A stretch of 61,577 nt of DNA, the filler included, from Platydemus manokwari (Eukaryota): assembly GCA_037951405.1 (NCBI GenBank). It is 6 parts of 6 records of this genome, joined end to end, with 100 filler letters (N's around TTAATTAATTAA, not from the genome) between each part and the next. Parts side by side here need not be neighbours in the genome. Positions count along the whole stretch, not along the records: positions 43,710 to 52,701 come from JBBMOY011317649.1; positions 52,802 to 61,577 come from JBBMOY011351760.1; 4 more parts are not named here. The stretch is one strand, 5' to 3'. Below, in pieces: positions 47,701-60,582 of this stretch; within the stretch, counting starts at the first letter, position 1, and every line of letters starts with the position of its first letter. The notes beneath the pieces were generated by a model that saw only the letters and a list, made by a program, of their open reading frames with translations, ran no database searches and was not told where the DNA came from. A program made the translations under genes and the position numbers.

Positions 47701-50700
47701 CGTCCTTGTGGCAATGTTCGGTAAATACCTGTCCATCAACATGTACAATAATGGGAACGCAATATGAGACATTTGATGGAACAAGATATTCATTTAATGA
47801 TATGGGATCCAAATATATGCTTGTCATGCCAAATGCCGACAATACCGACAAAAGAGCTAACATCCATGTTGATTTTCAAAGCAATTTGGAAAGCTTAGCC
47901 AATGAAAATGATGAATCAGCTTATCTAGATCTGCCTAGAATTATTTCATTCTCATACAATGGAACTTCAATAACGCTAAAAGCTTCTTCATTAGGATTAG
48001 GAGATAGTCCAACGAATGTGATTGTTGATGATTCCGATTACACAACAAAATTGCCTTACATTGATAAAAACAATGATATTATCATCAGAAAATTGACGAG
48101 TATTTTTATTGGAGTGCAAATCGGTAGCCACTTTCTTATGGTATTTGATGGTAGTAGATCAATTACCATTCAAGCTTCCAGTCAAATGAAAAACAAGGTG
48201 AGAAATTGCGTTGATGTTTAAAATTTAATTAAACGTGATATCCAATATTGTAGATAATGGGTTTGTGTGGAAAATTCGATGGAAATTCTGAAAATGACTT
48301 CACTGAAAAGGATAATGACATTCGTGAATCTGTGATTAAAATTGCATTATCGTATCGAATAAAGTTAAAAATACGAGGAAGAATTACATTACCAAAACTC
48401 GTGGAAGATTGTGATTGCAAAAATGTTAATAATTTGTTAAATATTTTTAAAATTAGATTTTTATAAAACTAGAATGAGGTGTGCAGCTCCATTCTAAATG
48501 GTCCTGAATTCAGTGCTTGTATGAATAGTGGGAAAGTTGATAAAGACTATTATCTCAGACATTGTCAAAGAGAAAATGCAGGTCGTCGAGGATCCTCGGG
48601 ATACTGTTCTAGTATTCTGTATGCTGCAATTTCTTGTAAAAGACACGGTTTCGAATTTGAATTATCTTTCGCATCCAATCTCTTTTCAGCATGTGGTAAG
48701 ATTTATTTGATATTTCAGATAATCAAATAAATTATTTCATAATAATTCATTCATATCCAGTTCCCAAATGTCAAACCGGAGGAGCAGTATTCCAAATATG
48801 TTCACGCACTTGTCAAACCACTTGTAGACAATTGGGAGAATCAACTGCACAAAAATGTGATGATAATTGCTATCCTGGATGTGATTGCAAACCGGGTTAT
48901 TATAAAACGGGATCCGGACAGTGTGTAACTCAAGCAGAATGTACTTGTTGGAATCCGTTTAAACCTTATGATCCAGAAGTACCAGCCGGAACCCGAGTGG
49001 TAATAAATTGCCAAAACTGGTACTTTATTTTGATGCAAGTTAATATTTTGATTAAATTTATCAACATCTAGTCTGTGCGTTAATGGTTCATTTGATTGTA
49101 CTCGTAATGCTGCTTGTCAGCCACCAACATGCCCGAAAAATCAAAAATATATGAAACGAGTTCCAGCTTGTAATTCCTGTAATAATTACGATGAATGTGA
49201 TTATGGTGAGAAAATGAATACTTGCGGTTGTCCACATGGTACTGTTTCGCGAACTGATGTAAGATAAATTGATAAATTTTCTTGTATAATCGATTATTGG
49301 TTAAATCTAAAAGGGAACATGTGTCGAAATTTCTGATTGTCCTTGTACATACATGAGCAAAGAATATCCTCCCAATTCTATAATATCAATCAAATGTTCA
49401 CAATTTATCTGTCAAAATAAATCATGGAAAATGTTTTCAGAAAATTCTAGCAATTGCGAAGGTTTATAAATGAATATTTTAATAAATTATTATAATGACA
49501 ATTTATCTATAATTAGCTGCATGTATAGCGTATGGAGATCCTCATTATTTGACATTCGATGGTCAAATGTTTTCATTTCAAGGTGCCTGCAGTTATACGA
49601 TGATGCAAACAACCGGAGATCCAGACTTAAATATACCACCAATTACTGTTTCAGTGGCCAATTTAGCTTGTGGTTATCGTCAGGTAACTGAAGGCAAAAT
49701 TAATTTTACATTGGTTATGAAATCCATCTAATAATAATGGGCATTTAACCGGACGATTTCTCCACATAAAAGCTTGTACTGAATATTTATTGATGGTTTA
49801 TCATTGTTACGACTAAGATTAAATTAAATTAATCTTATTTTAATTCACAAGTATAACCTCATGTTAGACTTGATGTTATTAATAATAATATTGGTAGTTT
49901 TCATAAAAATTACAATAAAAAAATGATATCCATATTATCAGGATTTTAATTGATTGTAACCGTCAAAGGGTTGTGGATTAAAATAAAGACTAGTCAATGT
50001 TATAATTGAATAATATTTCAATTTCGTATAGGTGTCTTGTACCAAGTATGTCCACATACAAATTGGTAGTCAAAAATACATCTTAACAAAAGGCAGTATT
50101 AATAACAATCCTGTTCAATCACAATATGGAGTGGTAATAGAAGAATTAACTTTGTTTACTCAACTAGCTAGTGATCGACTTGGTTTTCGAGTGATGTGGG
50201 ATAGAAGTAATTTGTCTAAAATTCTGTAATTAGAAATATAAATTTTAATATAAATTTTAGGTACACGAGTATACATTTTTGTCAAATCAAATTTTCACAA
50301 CAAAGTACAAGGATTATGCGGTAATTATGACGGTGACATTCAAAATGAATTAATGCACGGAACAATGAAGTATGAAGATGCAATTCAATTTGCTCAATCA
50401 TGGATTACAAATGCTGATATGTGTCCATTATCGATGACACCAAATTCCAACATAACGAAAACTGAACAAGATAAGTGCAATGAAGTGAATATTTAAAATA
50501 AATATTTCATTAATGACGATATATTGTTGTTTAGAATCCTGATAGAAGAGATTGGGCTCAACAAATGTGCGGAATAATAAAAGACACAAAAGGAGTGTTT
50601 AAATCATGTATCGAAGCAATGCATCAAGATGTTAATCGGTATTATGCCAGTTGTCTGTATGATGCTTGCTCATGCAATCGTGGTGGTGATTGTGAATGTC

Positions 50701-52470
50701 TTTGTACATCATTGGCGACTTTTGCTACTCAGTGTGCTGCTTTAGGATCACCGGTAAAATGGAGGTCTCAAAGCTTATGCCGTAAATAGTTTCAATCAAT
50801 CATATTTCATTAGTTGATACAAAAAAATATTTTAGCAATAATGTGTGAAGGTGGTAAGCGATATACATCATGTGTGTCACCATGTCCGCAAACATGCGAT
50901 ACGATTGGCTCCAAGCCACCAGCACATTGTCGAACTACAAATTGTATGGAAGGTTGTTCATGTCCAGCTGGAATGATCGATAAAGATGGAGAGTGTGTAT
51001 CTCCCGAATTTTGTCCATGTTATCATGATGGAAAGTTTTATTCCAATGGATCGGAAACTTTTATAAAAAATTGTAAAATATGGTGAGTTTTTATTATTCT
51101 ACTTAATAATAAATCATAAAATAAATTTTTACAAAATATTCTTACAAATCAATTTTCCGATTGATTAATTTCGGTAAATATTTGAAGAATTTTCTAATAA
51201 ATCTCATTTAATTTAGCCGATGTATAAACAATGAACTTCAATGCAAAGAAGATTATATCAATTGCACAACGAAATGTAAACGAGATCAATATCGATGTAA
51301 AAATGGAAAATGCATTGGATTAGAAAAAATATGTGATGGTAAAGAAGATTGTGAACATGGTGAAGACGAAAAAAATGATTGCAGTAATTTGTTTGATAAT
51401 TGTTTTAAATTTAAATCTTACTTGAATATTCGTCACTACTAGCTATTGTGTCAACTAGATATCATTAATGGGTTTTTGATGGGGATCTTAATAATAAATT
51501 TGTTTATTAAAATCGGTTCCATCTCAATTGATTGTATCATTACAATATATTATCCGCAACGGAAATTTCTGTCACAACTTATGACAAGTAATAATAATAA
51601 TAATTATCATCATCATCAAGTGATTACTCTTGCTTGACAGAAGCATTTGGCAAATCTATTATGACCGCATGATATTTTGAAATGCTAAGAAACAATGTCG
51701 TTTGTTAACATTTTATACCAATACAGTAGTGGTAAACCCGTTTCGAAATGCCAATTATTATCAATATAAAGATGATTTTATACTTTTGAATATGTGATAT
51801 CTCAGAAAATTAAAAATGAAAATATATAAAGTGTTTGTAAATAATATTATAAATTGAAAAAGTCGAATTATTCATTCAACCCACATTTATTTAGACGGTC
51901 CCACTTGCAAAATTCAAGATTTTACATGCGTATCTAATGGTGCATGTATACCAATGTCAAGAAAATGTGACGGAGTAAAGCATTGTGCTGACGGATCAGA
52001 TGAAAGTTCATGTGGTATTGAAAATTATATTATTAAATTATAATTATAATTATAAAATAAATTCAGAAATATAAAGAAATTGAAAAAGATAATTAATTTT
52101 GAATATTCATGAGATTTAGATAAAAATTATCCAATGATTTTGATGAATATTATCAACTATAATTAAATTAAATGAAAAAAAAATTCACCAAAGAAATATG
52201 AAATAAATAATTTAAATAATGATATATTATTAAAAATTATTAAAACCATAAAATATATTATAAAATGATAGAATACAACGAAATTATTTGTAATTAAATA
52301 AATAAAATTATAAAAACAGGATGCTTACCTCACCAATATCAATGCAAAAATTCAAAGAAGTGTGTAGACGGAGACAGAAAGTGTAACGGAATATATGATT
52401 GTGGAAATCAAGACAAATCAGACGAAGAAAATTGTAAAAACATAACAAAAGAAACGTGTAAAGAAAACGA
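44702..52470 (+). CDS. sspo: SCO-spondin-like multi-exon secreted protein, 5' part; truncated at the scaffold end
   Basis: Exon 1 (44702-44835) encodes a signal peptide. Then EMI-like (NCVY...CCSGY, 44886-45243), EGF (45299-45415) and TB-like (45468-45640) modules. Three VWD-C8-TIL units follow (RGLCGNADG about 46815, MGLCGKFDG 48257, QGLCGNYDG about 50308; [16 protein letters not shown]), then three LDLa repeats (about 51276-51382, 51896-52013, 52320-52440). Short GT-AG introns. Confidence 0.85.
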
Positions 52471-52701
52471 AGTAAAAATTATTAAAAAAATTAATAAAAA
52501 AAATTAAATATATAGATAAATATATGGCGAGAAAGAGAAGTATTAATCGATGACAAAATTCTTACGAAGTCAAAGGGAGCAGAATTGTCGAAAGATCAGA
52601 AAATATCAATAAATGGAAGAAAAATAGAAGTAATTTATGAGCTGTCGAAAGAAAGTAAATATTATTGTCTTGATATGATGATGAATAAATAATGTAAATT
52701 A

Positions 52702-52801
52702 NNNNNNNNNNNNNNNNNNNNNNNNNNNNNNNNNNNNNNNNNNNNTTAATTAATTAANNNNNNNNNNNNNNNNNNNNNNNNNNNNNNNNNNNNNNNNNNN
52801 N
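52702..52801. other. Artificial scaffold linker
   Basis: N44-TTAATTAATTAA-N44. Confidence 0.97.
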
Positions 52802-52977
52802 TTTTTATTCCTTATAATTCTCACATTTTATTATATTAATTAATTAACAGTTAATAAACGTTTTTTAAATTTAAATTTAATACTTAAAACTTTATTTTAG
52901 ATATATCTAGATTCTAAAAATTATATTTGCAATGAAACAATATTTTATTTGTTAACATATCGATGGCATGATATAAA

Positions 52978-55900
52978 ATGACTACTGAATATTTCGATGC
53001 AGCAAACTCATTATGCTCTGATTCATTTGAATCAATCAAAAGGAGTCGGTTAATATCTGATGATTATAAACATAGTGATTTTGATTGTGAAAATCAGATG
53101 GATTATTCCGGTGATAATTTTCAATCTGAAGTATCTGCAAAAGCATCTTCCAGTTCAATTCATGAATCAATTACAAATATGTCTAACTCGCATTCAACAC
53201 CCGAAGACACATTTTCAGAAATTGCTTTATCATCTCCTTCATCCAAACATTGCAAACCAGATTCAGACGTCAAGGATTATGAACAATCCAATGATCAGTA
53301 TTTACTTGCTTCAAATGTTCATATGGGTATTAATCAAACTGCTAATGAGCTTATAAAGCCTTTAACAACAACTTCCAATAATCTTAAAAGTATTGATGAT
53401 ACAATTGAATTAGTTCTTTCAAAAATAAGAGAAGAAAATAATTTTTCAAAAAATTATGAAATTTCTGAATCATGCTTTAAGGAGAAATTGGATACATCTA
53501 ATTTTATTCATTCAAATGAATTATCAAATTGTGCTTCCAAGATTAATGTACAAAATATGCTTTCCGTTTCACGTGCTTCATCCATGGGGACTGGATCTCA
53601 TGATTCAGAAAATATGTATTCTAAAGGAATTACTTCAAATACTTCTTGTCATAATTCAAATATTGTCAATTATACTATTCCTAATTATTCTAAATCGTAC
53701 CCTCAGCAATTCTACAAATACAATTATGGTATTCCACCTCAAATGGCAGCAAGTTTTTCGAATCAGATTAATGCAAATAATTATCCAGAGTTTAACAAAA
53801 TTGATTATTCATCTCGCTCAAATTATTCAAAGGATAGTGATAAAAATAAGTGTAGCTATTATTCATACCATTGTCAAAATGCCCAATATCGGCCATTTCT
53901 TCAGAATTCATATCTCAATCAAACGTTCTACAAGCCTGATTCTCAATCTTTACCAGTACATAATCCAAATTATCAAATGTTTCAAAAATCATTAAAACGT
54001 AGTGCATATTTCAATCAAATGTACATAGATGACGATATCAATCATATTTACAAAGATAATACAAAAACTCAGAATTATAATACATATTTCAAAACTCCCC
54101 AATCAAGTACAAGTGGAATGTTGGATCAGACGAATTCTATTCGAAAAAAGCGCACAAATACTGATTCTACCAAATTAACACCATCCAAAAAACGTAAAGT
54201 CACCAATCAATTTTCAGCTGGCAATAATATCGATGAATTAATGCGTAAGCTGAAACTCACAGCCTACAATGCATTACTGATGAATCCAACTGTTTCACAA
54301 TCTGTTATAGTTCTGTCGCCGAAAGGATTCGTCGAGAGTTCAACATCGAAAACGGTGTCGCTGAAAAAATCTTTCCAATATAAAAAATACCGATCGACAT
54401 TATTTAAAATTAAAAAACCCAAATTATTTCACGATTCCATTCACGAGGACCGTTATTTGTCTAGGTACATTGACGACAACATGACAGGAAATATTATATT
54501 ATCACAGAAAAAACATTTGGAATCGGATGATTGTTCGGATATTATTTGTAATTCACCACCAATAGATATCAATATTATCAACACCAATTCAGACAATCCC
54601 GCTCTTCATCATTTGTCAATCGATGATATCGATTTGCAACCATCAAGTCCAGAATTACTGAACTCCTTGACAACCAGATCGATCTGTGAAATCGATATGG
54701 AATCGAAACCAACCAATGAAATCGTTGAATCGAAATCCATGGCAATGAATGGCATAAAAAATCATTTCATCACTCCAATCGTTTCCTATTCGGAAAATGA
54801 AACGAAATTAATAACGGAATTGCATTCAATCAAATCCCAAGAATTGAATCGGAATTATATCCAACTGTCGGGGAGTTTTTTGAAACGGACGAAAATCAAT
54901 GGGAAATCATTTTCCAATATTCATATCGAAGAAGCTGTCAGTATAGCATCATTGTCGGCATCAAAAAATCAGAATTCCTGCCATTTCTGTTACGTGTTTC
55001 TCAATGGGCTTTCCGCTATCAAGAAAAGCAGTCGATTGTTCGGTATTGATTCGAATGATGATTTGTTGTTTTGTAGTAGCAGTTGTTATTCGAGTTTCAA
55101 ATCTTGTCATTCAATTGATTGTAGTAGTAATAATAATAATAATAACAGTGGTGGAGATAAAAAATTATTAAATAATACTACTAATAATAATACCAATCAT
55201 CATAATTCATCACTTCATTCAACAAATAACCTCCAGTGTACGAAAGTATTAATCAAAACCACTCCATACAAACATCCGAAAAACTACAAGAAAGTTTGTG
55301 ATTTCGAACAATACGTTCGTCGCAGGTTCCCATCGGAGGGTCAAAACGAAACGGCAAATGTTCACAAATCGTTATCATCCTCCTCATCATCCACTGTTCC
55401 ATTGGTGATTGATTCGATGAAGAAACGTTTGCTCGGTGTCAATTATTTCTATTTCAAAAACGAACCGTTGAAAGCGATTTGTAAAGAAATCGAAAAGAAC
55501 GATCAATGTGTATTGTTGAAGAAATATTCGTGTTCCTATCGTCGATCGGACAATTTGGTTGATCGCCGATCGTGTTTGTTGTGTCGAACGGTCGGTGATG
55601 GTGATGAAAACGTTTGTGGACGATTGATGAATATCGATGCTGACAATTGGGTCCATTTGAATTGTGCTCTTTGGTGTTTTGAAGTGTACGAAACCGTCAG
55701 CGGTTCATTGATGGAAGTCGAATCGTCGTTGCAAAAAGCTGTGAAAACCGTTTGTTCATTTTGTCACCAGACCGGTGCCGGTATTCAGTGTTACAGGAGT
55801 AAATGTCCATGTGTTTATCATGTGCCTTGTGCATACAAAGTCGGCTGTATATTTTATACTGATCGAGGTATGTATTGTCCGAACCATGTCGTTTTGAATC

Positions 55901-57126
55901 ATCCTATGCATTTGCCATTGTTGAGAGTGGAACGGCGTGTCAATATCCATCGTGACGAAAGTGCCCTTATCGCTGGAATCGTCGCCGAAGATCAAGATGT
56001 GAAAATCAAATTTCGAACCGGCTCATTGACATTGAACAATATCGGCCAATTGTTACCGGAACAATTGATCAGTGGACATTACAATTCTAGTTCGATCATC
56101 TATCCGGTTGGATATCATTCGACTCGCATCTATTGGTCATCAACACAACTCAACAAACGTTGCAAATACGAATGTTTCATTGATGAACTCGACGATATGC
56201 CTTTGTTCAAAGTGAAATTCATCGATGGTGATGGCTGTGAAAATGTTTTTACCGACAGATCTTGTGATAAATTGTGGAAAACAATTCTCAATCGAATAGC
56301 CAAATTCCGTCATGAAAGCGGTTTGACGCGATTGTTTCCGCATTATCTGTCGGGTGAACAATTGTACGGATTGACGGAACCGCAAATCATTCGCGTCATC
56401 GAATCGTTGCCTGGGGTGGAAATGATTAAAAATTATGCTTTCAAATTCGGTAAAATGCAATTGATAACCGAAATGCCTTTAGCAATCAATCCGACCGGTG
56501 CTGCCAGAACCGAACCGAAATTGCGAACTTACGTTCGTCGGATGCGTGATTATTCCGACAATAAATCGAACAAATGTGGAATTTTGAAAGCGAAAGCCAT
56601 TTATCAAGCCAACATTTACGAATCCACCAATCTCAACAAAACGGCCTTGTTGAATTCGAAAACTCAACAATATAAACGATTGAAATATGAATGGATGAAC
56701 AATGTCATTTTGTCTCGATCGAAAATTCAAGGTTTGGGATTGTTTGCTGCAAAAGATTTCGATAAATCCACAATGATCATTGAATATATCGGTGAAATAA
56801 TTCGCAATGAAGTCGGTAATGCTCGTGAAAAACAATATCAAGCTCGCAATAATAGCATTTATATGTTTCGATTGAATGAAGATTTGATTATCGATGCTAC
56901 TGTGAATGGGGGATTGGCAAGATATATCAATCATTCATGTAATCCGAATTGTGTGGCAGAAACATTATCATTGGATTGTGGTACACGCATAATCATTACA
57001 ACTCGACAAGTCATTGAGAGAGGCGAAGAATTGACATATGATTATAAATTTGATTTCGAAGACAATAAAGCAGATAGAATACCATGTTTGTGTGGATCGA
57101 TTAATTGCCGGAAATGGATGAATTGA
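52978..57126 (+). CDS. trr: Trithorax-related (KMT2C/D, MLL3/4 C-terminal half) histone H3K4 methyltransferase
   Basis: FCS-type CHFC...FCSSSC; extended PHD (CLLC...WVHLNCALWCFEVYE...YHVPCA...CPNH); FYRN (IYPVGYHSTRIYWS); FYRC (GEQLYGLT); Win motif NPTGAARTEPK; SET (SKIQGLGLFA, EYIGE, ARYINHSCNPNC, EELTYDYKF); post-SET CLCGSINCRKWMN. Confidence 0.96.
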   Translation: MTTEYFDAANSLCSDSFESIKRSRLISDDYKHSDFDCENQMDYSGDNFQSEVSAKASSSSIHESITNMSNSHSTPEDTFSEIALSSPSSKHCKPDSDVKDYEQSNDQYLLASNVHMGINQTANELIKPLTTTSNNLKSIDDTIELVLSKIREENNFSKNYEISESCFKEKLDTSNFIHSNELSNCASKINVQNMLSVSRASSMGTGSHDSENMYSKGITSNTSCHNSNIVNYTIPNYSKSYPQQFYKYNYGIPPQMAASFSNQINANNYPEFNKIDYSSRSNYSKDSDKNKCSYYSYHCQNAQYRPFLQNSYLNQTFYKPDSQSLPVHNPNYQMFQKSLKRSAYFNQMYIDDDINHIYKDNTKTQNYNTYFKTPQSSTSGMLDQTNSIRKKRTNTDSTKLTPSKKRKVTNQFSAGNNIDELMRKLKLTAYNALLMNPTVSQSVIVLSPKGFVESSTSKTVSLKKSFQYKKYRSTLFKIKKPKLFHDSIHEDRYLSRYIDDNMTGNIILSQKKHLESDDCSDIICNSPPIDINIINTNSDNPALHHLSIDDIDLQPSSPELLNSLTTRSICEIDMESKPTNEIVESKSMAMNGIKNHFITPIVSYSENETKLITELHSIKSQELNRNYIQLSGSFLKRTKINGKSFSNIHIEEAVSIASLSASKNQNSCHFCYVFLNGLSAIKKSSRLFGIDSNDDLLFCSSSCYSSFKSCHSIDCSSNNNNNNSGGDKKLLNNTTNNNTNHHNSSLHSTNNLQCTKVLIKTTPYKHPKNYKKVCDFEQYVRRRFPSEGQNETANVHKSLSSSSSSTVPLVIDSMKKRLLGVNYFYFKNEPLKAICKEIEKNDQCVLLKKYSCSYRRSDNLVDRRSCLLCRTVGDGDENVCGRLMNIDADNWVHLNCALWCFEVYETVSGSLMEVESSLQKAVKTVCSFCHQTGAGIQCYRSKCPCVYHVPCAYKVGCIFYTDRGMYCPNHVVLNHPMHLPLLRVERRVNIHRDESALIAGIVAEDQDVKIKFRTGSLTLNNIGQLLPEQLISGHYNSSSIIYPVGYHSTRIYWSSTQLNKRCKYECFIDELDDMPLFKVKFIDGDGCENVFTDRSCDKLWKTILNRIAKFRHESGLTRLFPHYLSGEQLYGLTEPQIIRVIESLPGVEMIKNYAFKFGKMQLITEMPLAINPTGAARTEPKLRTYVRRMRDYSDNKSNKCGILKAKAIYQANIYESTNLNKTALLNSKTQQYKRLKYEWMNNVILSRSKIQGLGLFAAKDFDKSTMIIEYIGEIIRNEVGNAREKQYQARNNSIYMFRLNEDLIIDATVNGGLARYINHSCNPNCVAETLSLDCGTRIIITTRQVIERGEELTYDYKFDFEDNKADRIPCLCGSINCRKWMN

Positions 57127-60100
57127 TATAAATATAAATATAAATATATATACATAAAAAGATATAATATGAAACAAAAATGTTGAAATCATTTTCCTCC
57201 TTTTTTACTTTCAAGATTCCTTTAACACATTGTAAATCATAAAAATATATTGTGTGAATATTGTATTTAAGAATTTGTACATTATTTTGTTAACTTCTTC
57301 TTGTAGATGTTACTTTCAACAATTACGTTTATTGTGATTCAGTGTTATGTTTTACAGAAAAAAAAATGTTTTCACGATTGTATCATAGTTTAATACATAA
57401 TTTCTATAAAAAATTTTCTAATTTGTACCTGAGCATAATCAAGTCAATGAATATATATAAATATAAATAAATTCAAAGATGAATTTTTTATTTTCATTTT
57501 ATTTTTGATTGATTGAATGGAAATTGTGTTGTGGAATATTTTTTTCTGGCTATGGTTGCAGATATTTTTAATGTTGATAATAATTATAAAATTTATGATA
57601 AAAAGATTTGGATTTTTTATGTTTTCTCAATCAAGCGTGTCATTAATCGGAAAAACGTTACTCAGTGTTGATTTGTTTAAATTGAAAGGAATTTTAGCCG
57701 TTTTAAGTATCAAAAGCAATCGAATTTTTGCTATGTATTTTTTGTTGCTAGTTTAAATCCATTTATTTTCTACTGTTGACGTTTATTTTTCTGATATGAC
57801 TTTCCTGATTACTTGTTTTGGTGCCAAGACTTGTTTACTATTTTGTTAAGGTCGTCCAAATATGGCTGTCAAATACTAGAAGATTTGTACTGTTGGTTCA
57901 AAGGTTATTTGACACCGTTATATTGATTTCTTTTCTAAAGTGATTTTTCTAATTCTTTAAGCTCTAATGGCTTTCAATGTTTCGCTCTAAAATAATGTTT
58001 AAATATCATTCACAATTGAATTTATTAAATAAACCAATGTTGATGAATTTATCAAATTTTATTATACAATGTTTTCATTTTAAATTTAAATTATCTTTGA
58101 TTTTGAAAGAAGATTAAACTATCAAATATTTTCTTAATATATTTGAAAATTTATGAGTATAATTTGTTCTGTTCAATTTAATGAGAATTTAAAATTTCAG
58201 TTTTCAAACTAATTAACGTGTTTTTGTTTTACTGAGTGAGTAACAGAATTCTATCGAGTCCAACATTATTTTGAACAATGGATGACTTAATTAGAGAAAA
58301 TTTTCATAAGTTTTTCTTACAAACGTTGCATTTTATCAAATTGATTCTTGAGCTCATTTTACGATATTCTTGTGAAAAATTGGTAGCATTTTAAATAATT
58401 TTCAAATTATGTATTTGACTGAAAGATTTAAAAAAAATTCTGTTTTATTTTCCATATTAAAATGAATTGAGTGGTCATCTCGTAACTTGCATTTGCTATT
58501 ACTTGTATGTGTCTAGATTAAGTGTGATTTTAAATATTAAAAATTGACAGAAGTTAGTGAAATTTACAAAATCTAGCGATTTCAGCATAATCATCTTGAT
58601 ACCGTTCATTTAAACTATGTTAATGAAATTTTTTCTTTGAAGCATTCTATACAGGTTTAATAATCTCTTATGATTCTACACTTATTATATCTAATAATAT
58701 TTTGTTACTTTTATTTATTTAAAGTTAAAAAGCTATTACAATTTGTTATGATGTGGTGATTGATTTCAACTTACACTGGTCCTAAATGACTTTAGTAGAC
58801 ACATGAAGATGAGATTACTGGAGTAGTTAAATTTAGATCCATTGTTGCAATAAAATGGATAATCTCGTTAGAGCAAGTTTTGACGTACGAATATTGAATT
58901 TCCTATCGGTGATCATGTTATTTTTGCTATAGTGGTTGTAATATTATTAATTCGAATTGATATAATAAATGTTTATTTAAGAAAAATAATATTGAACAAA
59001 AGTAAATAAGTTAACAAGTTTTTGGAAAAATATCTGGCCAGATGAACAAGTAGATATCCTTAAAATATCTATACAAGGGATATTGGAAAAATAGATAACA
59101 AATAGATTGTTACTTTTAAGATTAATGTAAAATAAAATTAAATAGTGAAATGCAATAAACAATGTTATGAAAAAGGTTACTCACTACTCCCCAAATATTT
59201 TCTTCAAGTTTACAATGCCTTATCGATCCTAAATTTGGCTCTTGTCATAACTTTGTGATATTGATTCTTGAATTGAAGATCGTGAACTTATTCTCGATTT
59301 TTTGTGAGCAATTTACACTGATTTGTGCTCACTTTATATGCTATTTTTAGTATGAATTGTGTGCCATTTATTTATTGTTTTATTGCTATTGAATTTCTTT
59401 AGAAAATCCCATGTATTTGTCTTATTTCATTCTTAATGTCTGACTTTTATTTTTATTTGTTCATAAACTCGCAAATTTTATTCAGTTTTTTGTTCGAATT
59501 AAATTCTTTTTAGATTTTTTTAAAATCACTTATTTTTCATTTTCCTCCTTTTAATATCACAAATTATTATTTTATTTGGATTCTTATCATTCTTAATATT
59601 GTTATTCTATTTGCTTTTCTCATTTATGAAAAATAAGTCAGACAAGATCGCATCATTATCATTGATTTTTGGTCAATCAGGAAACTGTTTAGTAATACAA
59701 GACAACAAAACGGCGGAGTCTCAAGGACCTTCGAAGCAGATATAAAACTAGCTTAATATCAAGGAAAATTTATCGATTTTCAAAACATTGTCATTTCCAC
59801 AATTACCGTAAGCATTTAAGCAGTTATCTTTTTTAAAACCTTGTGTACTAATATTTTTAATAGCTTTTTAACATTGACAACTGAAATACCTATAATTCAA
59901 TAAACCAAGTTAGTGTTAACACTTTAAATAATTATCTTCCAAGATTCATTGATTGTGAGAAGAGATGATATTTGTCGACCTTGTAATAACCGACAATACC
60001 ATCAATATTCTTTTCCAGTAGAGCACGCTCAATCTAGAATTGAATTATTAACTAATGAGTTTTAAATTATCGTTTTTTTGTAAAAGCTGACTCCACTCTG

Positions 60101-60479
60101 TGATTTCTATGTTATGAACATCAGAATTAATCAACATATTAAAACTCTGATAAATTTATGAAATTTATCTTCATTGAGACTCCAAAAATTTTGCCAATAA
60201 TATTTAATATTTTATTAATCATCTAAATAATTCATAGCATGAAAACAATGATAATAACAACAATAATATTAATAACAATTGATAAGTATTAGTTTTTGGA
60301 TAAGTAAATAAAATTAATTATTTAAATATTTGGACTGATTTCGTTTTGATAATCTTACAACTGGGATTATGAATTGCATACCAAATCGTTCATTAATATG
60401 TGTATGTAAATCAACGCTGATATTGAAACCATCTGTAGTACTAGAAATAATAATATCAACTCGAGTAACTAATTTGTTA

Positions 60480-60582
60480 TTATTTATGATTATGATTATG
60501 ATGATGATGATGATGATAATGATAATGATGATGATTATTATTATTATCATTATTACTATTAATAATAATAATAATAATAATA
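60480..60582. repeat. ATG/ATT/AAT microsatellite
   Basis: Directly visible. Confidence 0.95.

Noticed and set aside
39896-57126. Tyrosinase, SCO-spondin-like and trr as a functional gene cluster
   Set aside because: The three genes are on different scaffolds separated by artificial linkers.
53060-57192. Overlapping alternative-frame and antisense ORFs within trr
   Set aside because: They are shadows of the long coding frame with no independent motifs.
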